In this document: one piece after another, positions 24,647 to 35,466 of the stretch | How the letters are laid out: each line of letters opens with the position of its first letter | Numbering within the stretch: the first letter of the stretch is position 1 | From: Tegillarca granosa | Taxonomy: Eukaryota | Assembly (NCBI GenBank): GCA_029721355.1 | Contig: CM056596.1 | Coordinates: 16,311,055 to 16,375,054 of the forward strand | Reading direction: 5' to 3' | Length of the DNA stretch: 64,000 nt | Program-made: the position numbers and the translations under genes | The notes under the pieces: model-generated | Database searches by the model: none | Seen by the model: the letters and a program-made list of their open reading frames with translations, nothing else | What the model was told of the DNA's origin: nothing

Positions 24647-24787
24647 CTGTAATGTTGTCAAATGTTTATCATTAAATTTATTCTCAACATATCGCAGAAC
24701 AACTGAAGTTTTGCCAACACATCCCTCTCCAAGAAGAACGACTTTGAACGAGTAATTTCGCCCTCCGCCGCCACCAAGGCCATCCAT
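24647..24787 (-). CDS. RAB21: RAB21 exon 1 (start codon = revcomp of 24785-24787)
   Basis: Minus-strand peptide MDGLGGGGGRNYSFKVVLLGEGCVGKTSVVLRYVENKFNDKHLTTLQ has a Rab P-loop and matches the human RAB21 N-terminus (poly-Gly, YSFKVVLLGEGCVGKTSLVLRY.ENKFNDKHITTLQ). Kozak context gcaATGG. Donor gtatca lies at 24641-24646. The ORF-track M at 24811 is a GTG codon, not ATG. Confidence 0.85.
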
Positions 24788-25198
24788 TGCAATTTTTTTT
24801 AAAAGCGTCACTCAAATTATTCCTTCTGTATATTTAGTTATCCCGAAATCTTCATGTATTTACGTAATCATGACAAACAAATATCATCCTTGCAAAGAAA
24901 TGGCGTTTCTGTAAAATTTACGTCACCGGAAGTGATTTCTCGTCACGAGAAACTTCCTGGTGCTGCTTACGGCTTTGCAAAATGTAAACATTTGGTTTTA
25001 TATTTCGAATTTAAATTTTTCTCTATCTTCTATAGAGATATCTAAATTTATGTGAAATTTAAATTATTCTAATATTTTATCGATTAGAAACATTACTTTT
25101 TAAGAATCGAAAAACATTTTATTCCTCTTTTGTGGATGATGTAAGAGCCAACAGGTGATTCGACGTCATGCAAAACAGTCAGAACTAATTTTGACAGG
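24788..25198. promoter_or_regulatory. Putative bidirectional promoter between divergent RAB21 (-) and TBC1D15-like (+) start codons
   Basis: Only about 410 bp separates the two ATGs. Motifs present: ETS/GABP-like CCGGAAGT at 24926-24933, inverted ACTTCC at 24952-24957, YY1-like AAATGGCG at 24898-24905 and CRE-like GACGTCA at 25163-25169 (ACGTCA also at 24921-24926). No obvious TATA box. Confidence 0.45.
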
Positions 25199-25216
25199 AT
25201 GGCTTCACAATCACAG
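25199..25216 (+). CDS. TBC1D15: Tentative TBC1D15-like first coding exon (MASQSQ)
   Basis: ATG in strong Kozak context acaggATGG, then 6 codons and a consensus donor gtaaat at 25217. It joins in phase 0 to the exon at 33084 to give MASQSQ-VLFDKESVYIH, which resembles the human N-terminus MAAAG..GKIIYEQEGVYIH. Short, so it could be chance. Confidence 0.4.
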
Positions 25217-25559
25217 GTAAATCAGATTTGAAAATAGCAAAATTCCAATTGCCTCAACGTATTCTTTCTTTTGTTAAAATTGTTCTGTATCAGTACTTGT
25301 CCTCATTCGTGGTGATTTCCATACAGGATTTAAATGGAAGTTTAAATTTGTTTTCAAACCAAACCAAAAGTAAACATTACACTAACAGTCATCTAACCTG
25401 TTTGAAATCAAATTTGTAACAGTTTGTGTATGTGCTTCATATTAATTAGACTTTCACTGTTATCATGTCTATATGATAATTATCATTCAATAACATCAGC
25501 ATAAAATGGGTGCCAAATAATTTGTTTAGAATCATTCAAGATGATCTCATTTAAAGCTT

Positions 25560-26400
25560 GCACTTTTAAACTGTTAGAGTTGTTACGACCTTGTTTTGCT
25601 GTATTATGTACAAAAAACTTAATTCAAGTCAAATCACCACATAGTAAAATTGGCCCATGTCAAATTCTCCCCCGTTTTAAAACGCCCCCACTGCATGCAA
25701 TATCAACCCATCTGTCAATATCCTCCCCTGAAAATTCGCCCCAAAAATTTGAAAAATCGCCCCCTTTTTAGGAATGACATATTGAGACTTCAGAAATTCA
25801 GAAAATATAAGTGATTATGTGTTGATTTTTGGCAATTGCCTCCTTAACAATTCAACTTATAAATACTTTTAACATCATCTTTTATAAACAGTACATATTT
25901 GTTTTACTGTACCCACTGTAATGATTTTATAATATTCTGACAAAAGATGTAATTATTTCCATAACTTATAAACTGTAGATAGTAATCACAACACATCTGG
26001 GTTCTCTTAGGTATGACTGTCTTTTATTAGGTCATTACGTTTGTATGAAAGCATGACAAAATACATTGCAATACAAACAATACATATTTACAAACAGTAA
26101 CACAAACTATGTGCAGTTATATCACCAAAAAACATTTGTATCTCATTTTAAGATATTACTTAATCAGATATCTTTGTCATTCCAAAAAAGAGGGTGATTT
26201 TTCAAAAATTGAGGGCCAATTTTCAGGACACTTTTTTGACAGTGGGTGATATTGCAAAAAGTGGGGGCATTTTTGAATGGAGGCGATTTTGACATGTGGG
26301 TGATTTTGTGGAATGTGGGTGCTAATTTGATGAGGGTGATTTTTACAGTGGGACGATTTCACCTGATACCCCAAAAACTGCATTTACTCCTAAATAAATC
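25560..26400. mobile_element. Foldback / MITE-like inverted-repeat element about 350 bp downstream of the putative TBC1D15 first exon
   Basis: Arm at about 25640-25783 (cctgaaaattcgccccaaaaatttgaaaaatcgccccctttttaggaatgacat) is the reverse complement of about 26172-26330 (ttgtcattccaaaaaagagggtgatttttcaaaaattgagggccaattttcagg). Each arm holds about 20-bp subrepeats (gtgggtgatttt). Mirror-image ORF-track entries 25541..25771 and 26177..26383 are artefacts. Confidence 0.6.
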
Positions 26401-26798
26401 AGTACTATGTAATAAAAAAAATATGAAAATGTGTAGTCCAGATATGATATTTTAAATATATCTAGATAATGTTTTGCTCTGTTTACAACCATGGTTTTTT
26501 TTTGCCCCAGTGCCAGTTTGTTCAGACCAATTCTTCTAATTTCATGTTTATTCATTCAAATGTCATATGAAAGAACTAATGCAGTTTGAGGTGTTTCATT
26601 AAGTGAGATGTGGCTATGTCTTCAGTATTGGATCACAATTTGGTAACACGAGCAGTCAAAAATAAAGTTAAATATGGAAATCTTTTAAATAATGTATTTA
26701 ATGAACATTCATATGAAGTTTCATTTTTGGCCTGGCTGCACGGAGTGCAAATCCGGTTTATAGTATGGTGAATGTCGGGCGGGCGGGCGGGGAAAATA

Positions 26799-27370
26799 GG
26801 GTACCCTCTTTGTGAACTCAACTCCTCCTACAGTTATTAACCAAAAACCTTGAAACTTCACAGAATGTTTCTATATATATTGAAGATGTGCACCTGACTT
26901 TATGGAAATATTTCAAGATTTTTTTCCCATTTTCCGGACTTTGAAACTTATTCACTTTTAAGCAAGTTTTTGAACTTGGGGTACCTACTTTGTGAACTCA
27001 ACTCCTCCTACAGTTTTCAACCAAAAGCCTTGAAACTCCACAGAATGTTTCTATATATATTGAAGATGTGCACCTGACTTTATGGAAATATTTCAAAATT
27101 TTTTCCCACTTTGAAACCTAGTCATTTTTTAGCAAGTTTTTGAATGGGTGTACCTACTTTGTGAACTCAACTCCTCCTACAGTTTTTAACCAAAAACCTT
27201 GAAACTTCACAGAATGTTTCTATTTACATGTATATTGAAGATATGCACCTGACTTTATGGGAATATTTCAAGATTTTTTCCCCATTTTTCCAGAATTTGA
27301 AACTTAGTGACTTTGTACTGTATATATCAAAAGATTATCAAAGATGTGCACCTGACTTCAAATGATGTAA
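26799..27370 (+). repeat. Tandem repeat, about 180-bp monomer x 3.2
   Basis: Units start at 26799, 26979 and 27157 (gggtacc[ct]ctttgtgaactcaactcctcctacagtt...gaagatgtgcacctgactttatggaaatatttcaa). Preceded by the GC-rich block cgggcgggcgggcgggg at 26776-26792. Confidence 0.85.
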
Positions 27371-28049
27371 TGAAACCTTTATGCCATTACATCCTACTGT
27401 GACAGGTTTTAAATTTCAAATCTTTAAAAAAAAAATAGGATTATTATACATATATGAAAGAAAACTACAAAAATGTTTATGTTCTAAAAGTCATTGGTTT
27501 ATTAGCTACTGGATGAAAGTGTGGATAGCTAGTGCTGTCACCCTGTTGCCTATCTGTCCTGTACTGTCCATCTCATCCGGTCCATTTCAATGTAAAGTTT
27601 CTGGTGCACATTTTTTTCAATTTACTGTAGCTTTAGAAAATGTTAAAATGATTGAGATTTTCCTATTTCATATATATACATGTACTTGTTTCATTACTCT
27701 TTCATATATATTGTCATTGTTGGACCTATTCCCCATTTTATAACTTTCTGTGAAATATTAAAAAAACAACTTCTGTACCTTGTTTTGTGCAATTACTTAA
27801 AATTCCTTCCACACTTTACACCCATTCAATAGAAATTTAAAAAACAACCCGGCCCATTGAGTCTTTGACCCATTTTTGGTGATTAAGAAGATAAATTATT
27901 ACTTCTGGTTGTCATGGCAACAAAATAAATTTTGAAATTTGAAGGATGTTCTGAGAACGGAAAATTTACATTAAAAGGAATAACACAAAAAAAAACAGTA
28001 CTATAAACAATCTTTTTACTACATGTACTTATAAAATATTAAAATCTCC

Positions 28050-28050
<1 letters not shown>

Positions 28051-28081
<31 letters not shown>
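28051..28081. repeat. (TAA)n microsatellite
   Basis: About 10 perfect units. Confidence 0.9.
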
Positions 28082-28082
<1 letters not shown>

Positions 28083-29683
28083 GTATCATTAACAAACAAA
28101 CATATATATATTATACTCTATTTTTAACATACATACAAAAAAAAAGAAAAAGAAATAACGCAACATTCAGATATCACCATATACATAAGAACATAGATAT
28201 ACAATTATGCATGATTATTATCAAACACTTATAACAGTTAACTAGTCTTCAATGTCACTTTGATGTAAATTGTGATAGTACAAGATTTAACAAATGAAAC
28301 AAACATATTCAACTTTAATTATTATCTCAAGTCACAGACCAGTCACAACTTACAAGTGTACATAAAAGCACTCTCTAAAATCTGGCTAAACTTAACCACA
28401 CTCCAATACTTTAAAAAAAAAATTCAAATCCAATAAAACACATAATTCAATCCAATTAAAATGAGAGAATTCCATTGGATTTTTTTCATTTGAGATATTG
28501 AAAGCACCAACACAGCAGAAATAATAAGACAATTAAATAGATGAGCACTCTTTTTTAAAAGCACTTCAGTTTTAACACATTTTTTTTTCAAAGCAGTTTA
28601 TATGACAAATACCTTATTTGGCACCCAAAAATATGATGAAATTGAAAATTTGAATAAAATACATATGTATATAAATTTGAAGTTCAAATATAAGTTTCAA
28701 TATACATGTATGTACCAGTCAAGACTACTTCTGTCAAATTGAATTATAAAATATTAGTCTATGATGACTGAATGCCATCAATTGCAATATGATGTTCTGG
28801 AACATATGAGCTCAAGTGAAAACAAACTTTAAACTTTGTATGATGGCTAATTATGACAAGATGCATCAATATTAAAAGTTCAAAGTTTGTTCGTGATTGT
28901 GCTCAATGTTTGCAAAATATGTATCAAAAATTGTCTAATCATTAGTACAAATGTACCCAGTGCATGGTACCTGAAATTAGTATTGTCCCTGAAGCTGATC
29001 AAGTTCATTCATTAAAAATATAGAAGTAGTCTAAAGGGGGTTTAACATTTATACCATAATTAGAATTAAAATTCTATGTTGCAATTTGTATTTTAAACCC
29101 AAGTTAATTTGATACTTGAAGCTCTTATTTGATTTACTACATGTATTTGCCTTGAACATTCTAGCGAGATAACTGTATTGAAGTTGACAGAAATAATCAA
29201 CAGATGGTTACATCATTATTAACAATTTTCCTGAGATAAATTTCAAACAAAGATTTTAGCAAAATTAATGCTGTATAAAAATACTTTTTTCCTGCAAAAT
29301 ATCATTTATATTAATGGGAAATTTGGGCATAAATATTTATTCATGGTCAAAATTTGAAGCACATACAGTAATGCCATTAAATTAAATTACTTTGCCACCT
29401 GGCTTATTGCTACATAATGTTGAAGTCTAAAACTTCATCTCTTATATGTTATTTCTTTTTGCAAGTCTCTTTCAACTTATCCCAAAGACTCCCTAAAAAT
29501 GTTGGTGATAAATCAAGGATTGATTTACTGTTTTTTTCCACTTATCACCACAGTCAGATTTATTTTTGGATACCAAGAAAACTACATGTATCATTTTTGT
29601 TTATGATATATTTTGATACCAAAATAGTTTCTTATCTGCTGAATAGGAAAAAGCATATGTGTAGTGGACTAGGCTTGACAGGT

Positions 29684-29862
29684 GGCTGAATTAAGCTCAG
29701 TCAGTAGAGCATCAAGGTTCGAGTCCCAGTTTGACGGCTTTATTTTTCCCTTTCCTGTTGATAGGTGGCCAGGTAGCTTGGTCAGTAGAGCGTCTCCCCT
29801 AGTATTGGGAAGATCCTAGGTTCAAGTCCTGGTTCGGCCACTGTATTTTTCCCTTTCCTGTT
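29684..29862 (+). repeat. Two tandem tRNA-like units (SINE heads or tRNA pseudogenes), each followed by tttatttttccctttcctgtt
   Basis: Unit 2 (GGCCAGGTAGCTTGGTCAGTAGAGCG...TAGGTTCAAGTCCTGGTTCGGCCA) has a D-arm and B-box (GGTTCAAGTCC) but a degenerate anticodon arm (GTA, no U33). Unit 1 has only the D-arm plus B-box GGTTCGAGTCC. Unlikely to be functional tRNA genes. Confidence 0.5.
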
Positions 29863-30473
29863 ACATATGATGGACAATCATTAACTTAGATCTCTCCAAA
29901 AACTATTCAATTCATTTTTTTTTTTTGGCACATTAATTTTGTCCATATGTTAATTTCTTCGAAAAGATTGGTTTAAATTTTAACACTATGATGTAAGAAT
30001 TAAAAAAAAATTAACTAAAGATGTTTTGCAAGTAAAGCTTAAAGTAATAAATAAGTAACTAAAGAGAGGTAATCCCTATGCAAAACAATATGACCTTTGT
30101 GTCAGGTATATTCAAATGTCTTATGGACTATATGATTATAGAAACGATTATATTAAACTATAAATATGTGGTAGAGCTATATAATACATAAAATAAACTC
30201 ATAATAAACTTTTCAATTAGTAACCAATACATGGACTAGGACATATGTATCTGAGAATTCTTAAATAAATTGCTTGTCAGTAAATTATTAACATACAAAT
30301 CAAATATATTTAGATAGGGGTAAATAATGGAATATATAGATATATAAAATAATATAACCAGTACATGGTATTAACACATATACACCACCTAGATGATTAG
30401 ACAATCTACAAATATACAATTCAAGCAACACTCAGATGTTTGATGTTCAATAAACAATGAGGGTGATTTACAC

Positions 30474-30474
<1 letters not shown>

Positions 30475-30524
<50 letters not shown>

Positions 30525-30525
30525 T

Positions 30526-30566
<41 letters not shown>
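30475..30566. repeat. Compound microsatellite (AC)n (30475-30542) + (TA)n (30543-30566)
   Basis: Perfect tracts. The ORF-track poly-CV ORFs 30389..30690 are artefacts. Confidence 0.95.
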
Positions 30567-32493
30567 GGGTGATAACACTCGGATAAGGTAACAATGATTT
30601 CACAGGTTTGTCCATGGCATGACAAAATGTAAACAGAATATTGATTGGTTTTATCAAGTAATCAAATGCATTAGATTTAAAAATACACATTTCGAATATG
30701 TGTGGAATACATATTCATAAAAGGGAAATATTTTATCAACAAGGAAGTTTGTTAAAGTTAGTAAAACTTACTTTTTTCATTCAATCACAATTCATTTGTC
30801 CAAAAAAATGTAAGTAGTGTCCAGATATTTATATCAGGTGACCAGTAGTGAAAAACAAACAAAGAAAAGAACCTGGAAAATGAAAATGAGACTATAGAAT
30901 AATGTTTAAGGCCAGTATAAAGATAAATGTGTGTTTAATGTTACCTGTTATAAATGAAACATAAATTATATATGAAACAGAATAAAGATAACACAGCCTA
31001 AATATAAAAACAACCAGTTTCAAAACTGCTACAGATACATTTGTTAAAATGACAAGAAATAAAAATATATGTATTATATAATTAGAAGCTGAATATTGAA
31101 GCAATTTAAATACAATTGAGGCTTAAGATATAAAAAAAATTAAATGACCTGAAACTGTTCTCATTTATGTAAAAGATAGAGGACATCAGGTGGCTTCTTC
31201 TTTTATTTGATTTACCCTGGTTGTACTTGTTTAACATGAAAACTGATAAGTTTGACCCATGTTTTTCACAGCTGTTGTGTTTCATAAAAATCATTTCTTG
31301 TGGTTTTTAGGTCTCCTTGATTTTTGCAAATATAAGTTTTGTAATAAAAACTAATACACTTGGATTTCCTGAATTTTGTATTAATTATAATCACAAATGG
31401 CATTGTTAAAAGACTAAGAGTCTATGTACATGACACCATTAATAGATTGAGCCTTCTTCAATTATCAAAGAGCTATGTGGTTCCAATTATTTGAAGTGTA
31501 ATGTTAAATGTGATAAATCAACCCATTGCAAACTGGACAAAACAACCAAGGGCAAACTCGCATTAAAAAAATGAATGAGGGTGCAAACATTTTTGGCAAT
31601 TCAATCCTGATTTGCTAATAGTATAGCGACAAGCTGATTTATGTATTATTTACACTAGTGTACTTAACAATTTATAACACCATTCCTAATCTACACAATG
31701 TTTTCAGTACAAAATTCCTTAAAGCATAAAAACACCTTCAGCAAGTTATGACTTAATATATTCAAAATGACATGTAGAATAACATTCTTGATGTCACAAG
31801 AGCAAGTAATTTGTGAAATTTGCATGTTTATTTCTGTACTTGCCTAGCAAAGTAGCAAAAAGGTCAAACTTGCCACAAATGCACAAATATTTCCCAAAGT
31901 CCGTCACACAAAGTTTGCATATTATTATATATTTCAAGTTATTCCTTTGTAATAATTCAATTTTCATTGATGTTAAACAAACCTTATATATCTGTAAATC
32001 AAGCATATTACAGAATCCCCTACAATATTGAATGAGAAAGTGAGACCATGTACTCTTCTTCAGATAACTTATTTTTTTTAGAAAATCCAATCAATAGACA
32101 TTCAATCATCAAAATTTCTCTAATATTTTCTGAAAAAGGTCAAATGCTACTTAATAAATTAGTTTTTGGTAAGTCAACATAATGATTGTGAAAATTTTGA
32201 AAATTGTTTAAAATTGTCAATTAAATTCCTTTTATTTAATGGAGTAAAACATTTTTATGAAACTGAACAGTTTACTATTGATGTCTATAGAAATACATGT
32301 ATTCCTTATTGACATGATACTTAAATCCTAAGAAACCATCAGTACAAAACTCAGCTAGTGTTAAAACATGCTCATACAATACTGTTCTGCATTATATCTT
32401 GGATAAAAAACTATTATATATGAACAATAGATATTTGACTTTGCTTAATAAAGTACTGGTATGGAATTAACTCAATAATTGAGACTTGGAAAT

Positions 32494-32805
32494 GACTCTT
32501 GTGCAATCACTGTGGTTTGACTCTTACTCAATCACTTGGACTGTGGTTTGACTGTCCTGCGATCACTGGGACTGTGGTTTGACTCTTACTCAATCACTTG
32601 GACTGTGGTTTGACTCTTACTCAATCACTGGGACTGTGGTTTGACTCTTACTTACAGTAATCACTTGGACTGTGGTTTGACTCTTACTCAATCACTTGGA
32701 CTGTGGTTTACTCTTACTCAGTCACTTGGACTGTGGTTTGACTCTTACTCAATCATTTGGACTGTGGTTTGACTCTTACTCAATCACTTGGACTGTGGTT
32801 TGAGT
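32494..32805 (+). repeat. Minisatellite, about 31-bp unit x about 10 (actcttactcaatcacttggactgtggtttg)
   Basis: Regular period of about 31 bp, about 280 bp upstream of the TBC1D15 exon at 33084. Confidence 0.85.
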
Positions 32806-33083
32806 ATGACAATCACATAAAATGAATACAAATGTATATGTAATTTTTTATAAAATAACACCATGTTAATCAGATCATAGAAAAGGTTTGGTGTTTATAG
32901 TTAAAATAAGCTTGGGGTTAATAAAACCCTTGTAGATCTACTTGCTTTGGTTCATTTTATTTTTTTGTTCATCTTAGACACATTTTATTATTACTAATTG
33001 CCAAAAACAATGACATGTTAACCAGGTTGTCTCAGGCCTCGAACAATGCATTTGCTCACAAGGTTTTGTTTTTATGTTTGCAG

Positions 33084-33185
33084 GTGTTATTTGACAAAGA
33101 AAGTGTTTATATACATATAAATGTCAATTCACAGACATCAGACAAAGATGCACATATTCCAGGAAAAGTTTATTTAATACAAAAG
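33084..33185 (+). CDS. TBC1D15: TBC1D15-like exon (N-terminal DUF3548-type region)
   Basis: Acceptor tttatgtttgcag and donor gtaaga. Peptide VLFDKESVYIHINVNSQTSDKDAHIPGKVYLIQK resembles human GKIIYEQEGVYIHSSCGKTNDQDGLISGILRVLEK. Confidence 0.8.
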
Positions 33186-33615
33186 GTAAGAATTAAATCC
33201 AAAATAGAAAAGAGTAAATTACCACTGTCCTGTAGTATGTATTGCCTTGGAGCATTCTTTGAATGGTGATTTCATTTGGGGTTGACATAAAACTGTACAA
33301 TAAGTGATTTTCTTTTTCTAAAAACTTTAAATGTGGAAATGAAATCCACATGTCTAAACTGGTGCTTAATGTCAAATAAACCTTTCTGTATAATTACTGT
33401 AACTACATTGGTATGTTATATTTGATGGGTCTCCATATAAGTGAAGTAAGCTAAACTCTAATGATTTTATTTTCCAGGAAAATAGCAAGTCTTTCTTTTG
33501 CTTTTTGCTTTGTGTATACTCTGTGAAACAAAAGAAATTTATTAAATGACATTATGGAATATTAACATGGCAGTAGGATATGTTATATAAATCTATTAAT
33601 TTTTTTTATTAACAG

Positions 33616-33748
33616 CCAGAGGGTACATTTATAGAATGGAAAGCAGAGGAGGTCATCTCCCTTGATGCTAGTCAGAATGATCAGGAGTGGGCAGTCATAG
33701 GCTCGACTTGCTCGGTTGGTTACAAACCAGATAAGGATTCCGATGCAT
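33616..33748 (+). CDS. TBC1D15: TBC1D15-like exon
   Basis: Acceptor ttttttattaacag and donor gtaagc. Peptide PEGTFIEWKAEEVISLDASQNDQEWAVIGSTCSVGYKPDKDSDA. Phase is consistent with both neighbouring exons. Confidence 0.7.
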
Positions 33749-34640
33749 GTAAGCAGAAGAATATGAATATAAATACCCATACTTAGAATTCCTATCGCTG
33801 TACTTACTTCAGATTTCAACCATGGTTTTTGAAGTAAAATTCTGAAGGTCCAGTGTGACACTTACTCTCATGAAGTGTTTAATATGTCTTCATAAAATAT
33901 TCTTTCTTTAAGCATAATACAGCCCTTTCTACTTTGTTACTGTTTGATTAAAAAGATATATGAACCTTGCTTATAGAAGTTCTATTCATGTCAATAAACA
34001 AATTACAAACAACATTGCTTTCTTAGTGGTGATACTGTTGCCATCCAGAACCTGAATGTTTCATTTTAGTTGTTCTTGGTAGTCTAAGAAGTTCTGTGTA
34101 GAATGCATGTATATGTACTTAGTAGAAATTTAATAGAAAATAAAAATTACCATGTTGATAGCCAGAGTCCTAAGGATAAATAACAATGTAAACCAGTTAT
34201 ACCACCATGACTGTGGTAATCAATTACCACCATAAAGAAGTTACTTTGTAAGCCAGATATGCCACATAAGCTATTGTAGAAAACTATGTTAACCAATCAT
34301 ATGACCATAGATGAAGTATTGAACTTTGTAAACCAATTAAATATATATAATATAGGTTTTTGTCTATTTCAATTTTTGGTGTGACTTCTTGTCAGTTAAA
34401 CCTGAAAAAGATAAGGCATTGTACACCTGCTTAAACCACATAACTGATGTAATTTATTTTTTATGTCCAGTGCTATAGTTTCATTACCAGTGATAATTTT
34501 ATTTGCTTGTCTTGTGTTTATCATATATCTTGTTTCTTATTGCATTCCGTCTTTTATGATGTTTAGCTTCATAGTTTTTTGTTTGTTTTAAAAAAGGTAT
34601 GAATCTTTTGTTTGTTATAAAAAGTATGATTTATTTTCAG

Positions 34641-34854
34641 TGAACATGAATTCCAAAGCAGAAATTAGGAAGAAATACAATATAAGTTTTGATGTACTAG
34701 ACCTAAAGAGCTTCAAAAGGAATGCTCCAAACCATGGCTGGGCATACATTATATTTATATTGAAAGATGGTACAACTTATCCAGCATTGCATTTCCACAA
34801 TGGAGGCAGCAAAGCTATTCTACAAATGCTTGGCAAATACATTCATGTTAAAAG
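34641..34854 (+). CDS. TBC1D15: TBC1D15-like exon
   Basis: Acceptor ttattttcag and donor gtaatt. Peptide (L)NMNSKAEIRKKYNISFDVLDLKSFKRNAPNHGWAYIIFILKDGTTYPALHFHNGGSKAILQMLGKYIHVK(R) matches human ...SLTDLKSIKQNKEGMGWSYLVFCLKDDVVLPALHFHQGDSKLLIESLEKYVVL. Confidence 0.88.
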
Positions 34855-34879
34855 GTAATTTGGATTCTTGTGTAACAGA

Positions 34880-35200
34880 AAAGGGCCATACTGGGACTAA
34901 AACTGGAACATTTCTTTATACTAGAGGGATACTGTACCAGCTGAGCTATCCAGCCATCAACCTCTACCTGATTTTTCACCTTTATTTAAACTACCTTGAA
35001 CTGAAACCAACATATTCTTCTTGGGACTGACCTGTTGGTTGGCTACTTCCCAGATTCAGACAAGCTTTATATGTAACAGAAAAGGGAAAATTGCAGCAGC
35101 CCTGGGACCTTCCCAATATCAGCGAAATGCTACCTAAACTATCTGGCCACCTATCAAATTTTTAGCATGCTGGTACAAAGAACCAGAAGACTGCATGCCA
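34880..35200 (-). mobile_element. Probable tRNA-derived SINE fragment (minus orientation) in a TBC1D15 intron
   Basis: ctgtaccagctgagctatccagcc resembles the revcomp of a tRNA-like head (accagctgagctacc, as in 10680-10698). Confidence 0.4.
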
Positions 35201-35354
35201 TTGTCAGTATTCAAGTTTTTGTTGTTCTTTGATGGTTTTAATGTTAAACATTGTATGTAAGATAGACAGTTTTTTGTTTTCTGTTGACAAGTTTGAAAAA
35301 AAATTAAGTTGTTGTTATTTATCTTTTATAATATTTCTATATAAAATTTTTCAG

Positions 35355-35466
35355 GTCACCCAATGACAGTAGACTGTTTATTGTACAGGAACATGACCCA
35401 GATATGTTATCCAAGTCATTTGATGAACTACATTTATTTTCTGATTCTTCTGGTGATCTAGTTTCA
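35355..35466 (+). CDS. TBC1D15: TBC1D15-like exon
   Basis: Acceptor aaatttttcag and donor gtaagt. Peptide (R)SPNDSRLFIVQEHDPDMLSKSFDELHLFSDSSGDLVS matches human ESPQDKRTLLVNCQNKSLSQSFENLLDE. Confidence 0.8.

Noticed and set aside
24809-24811. ORF-track start (MTLLKKIAM...) for the RAB21 first exon.
   Set aside because: That M is a GTG codon (forward cac). The true start is the ATG at 24785-24787 in good Kozak context giving MDGLGGGGG..., and the ORF tail (VSHSEKITILAF) is intron read-through past the gtatca donor.
26776-26792. GC-rich cgggcgggcgggcgggg block, considered as a CpG-island or Sp1-type promoter element.
   Set aside because: Only about 17 bp long, embedded in the start of the 180-bp tandem repeat, and with no exon nearby.
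30389-30690. Cys/Val-rich ORFs (and similar at 40948..41217, 63482..63736, 50572..50778 poly-Lys, 61060..61260).
   Set aside because: They are translations of (AC)n/(TG)n/(TA)n microsatellites or poly-A/T tracts.
33015-33083. ORF-track start MLTRLSQASNNAFAHKVLFLCLQ preceding the first conserved TBC1D15 exon.
   Set aside because: The acceptor tttatgtttgcag at 33071-33083 marks the true exon start. The upstream part has no homology and no usable donor/ATG combination in phase. The first coding exon is more likely the MASQSQ micro-exon at 25199-25216.
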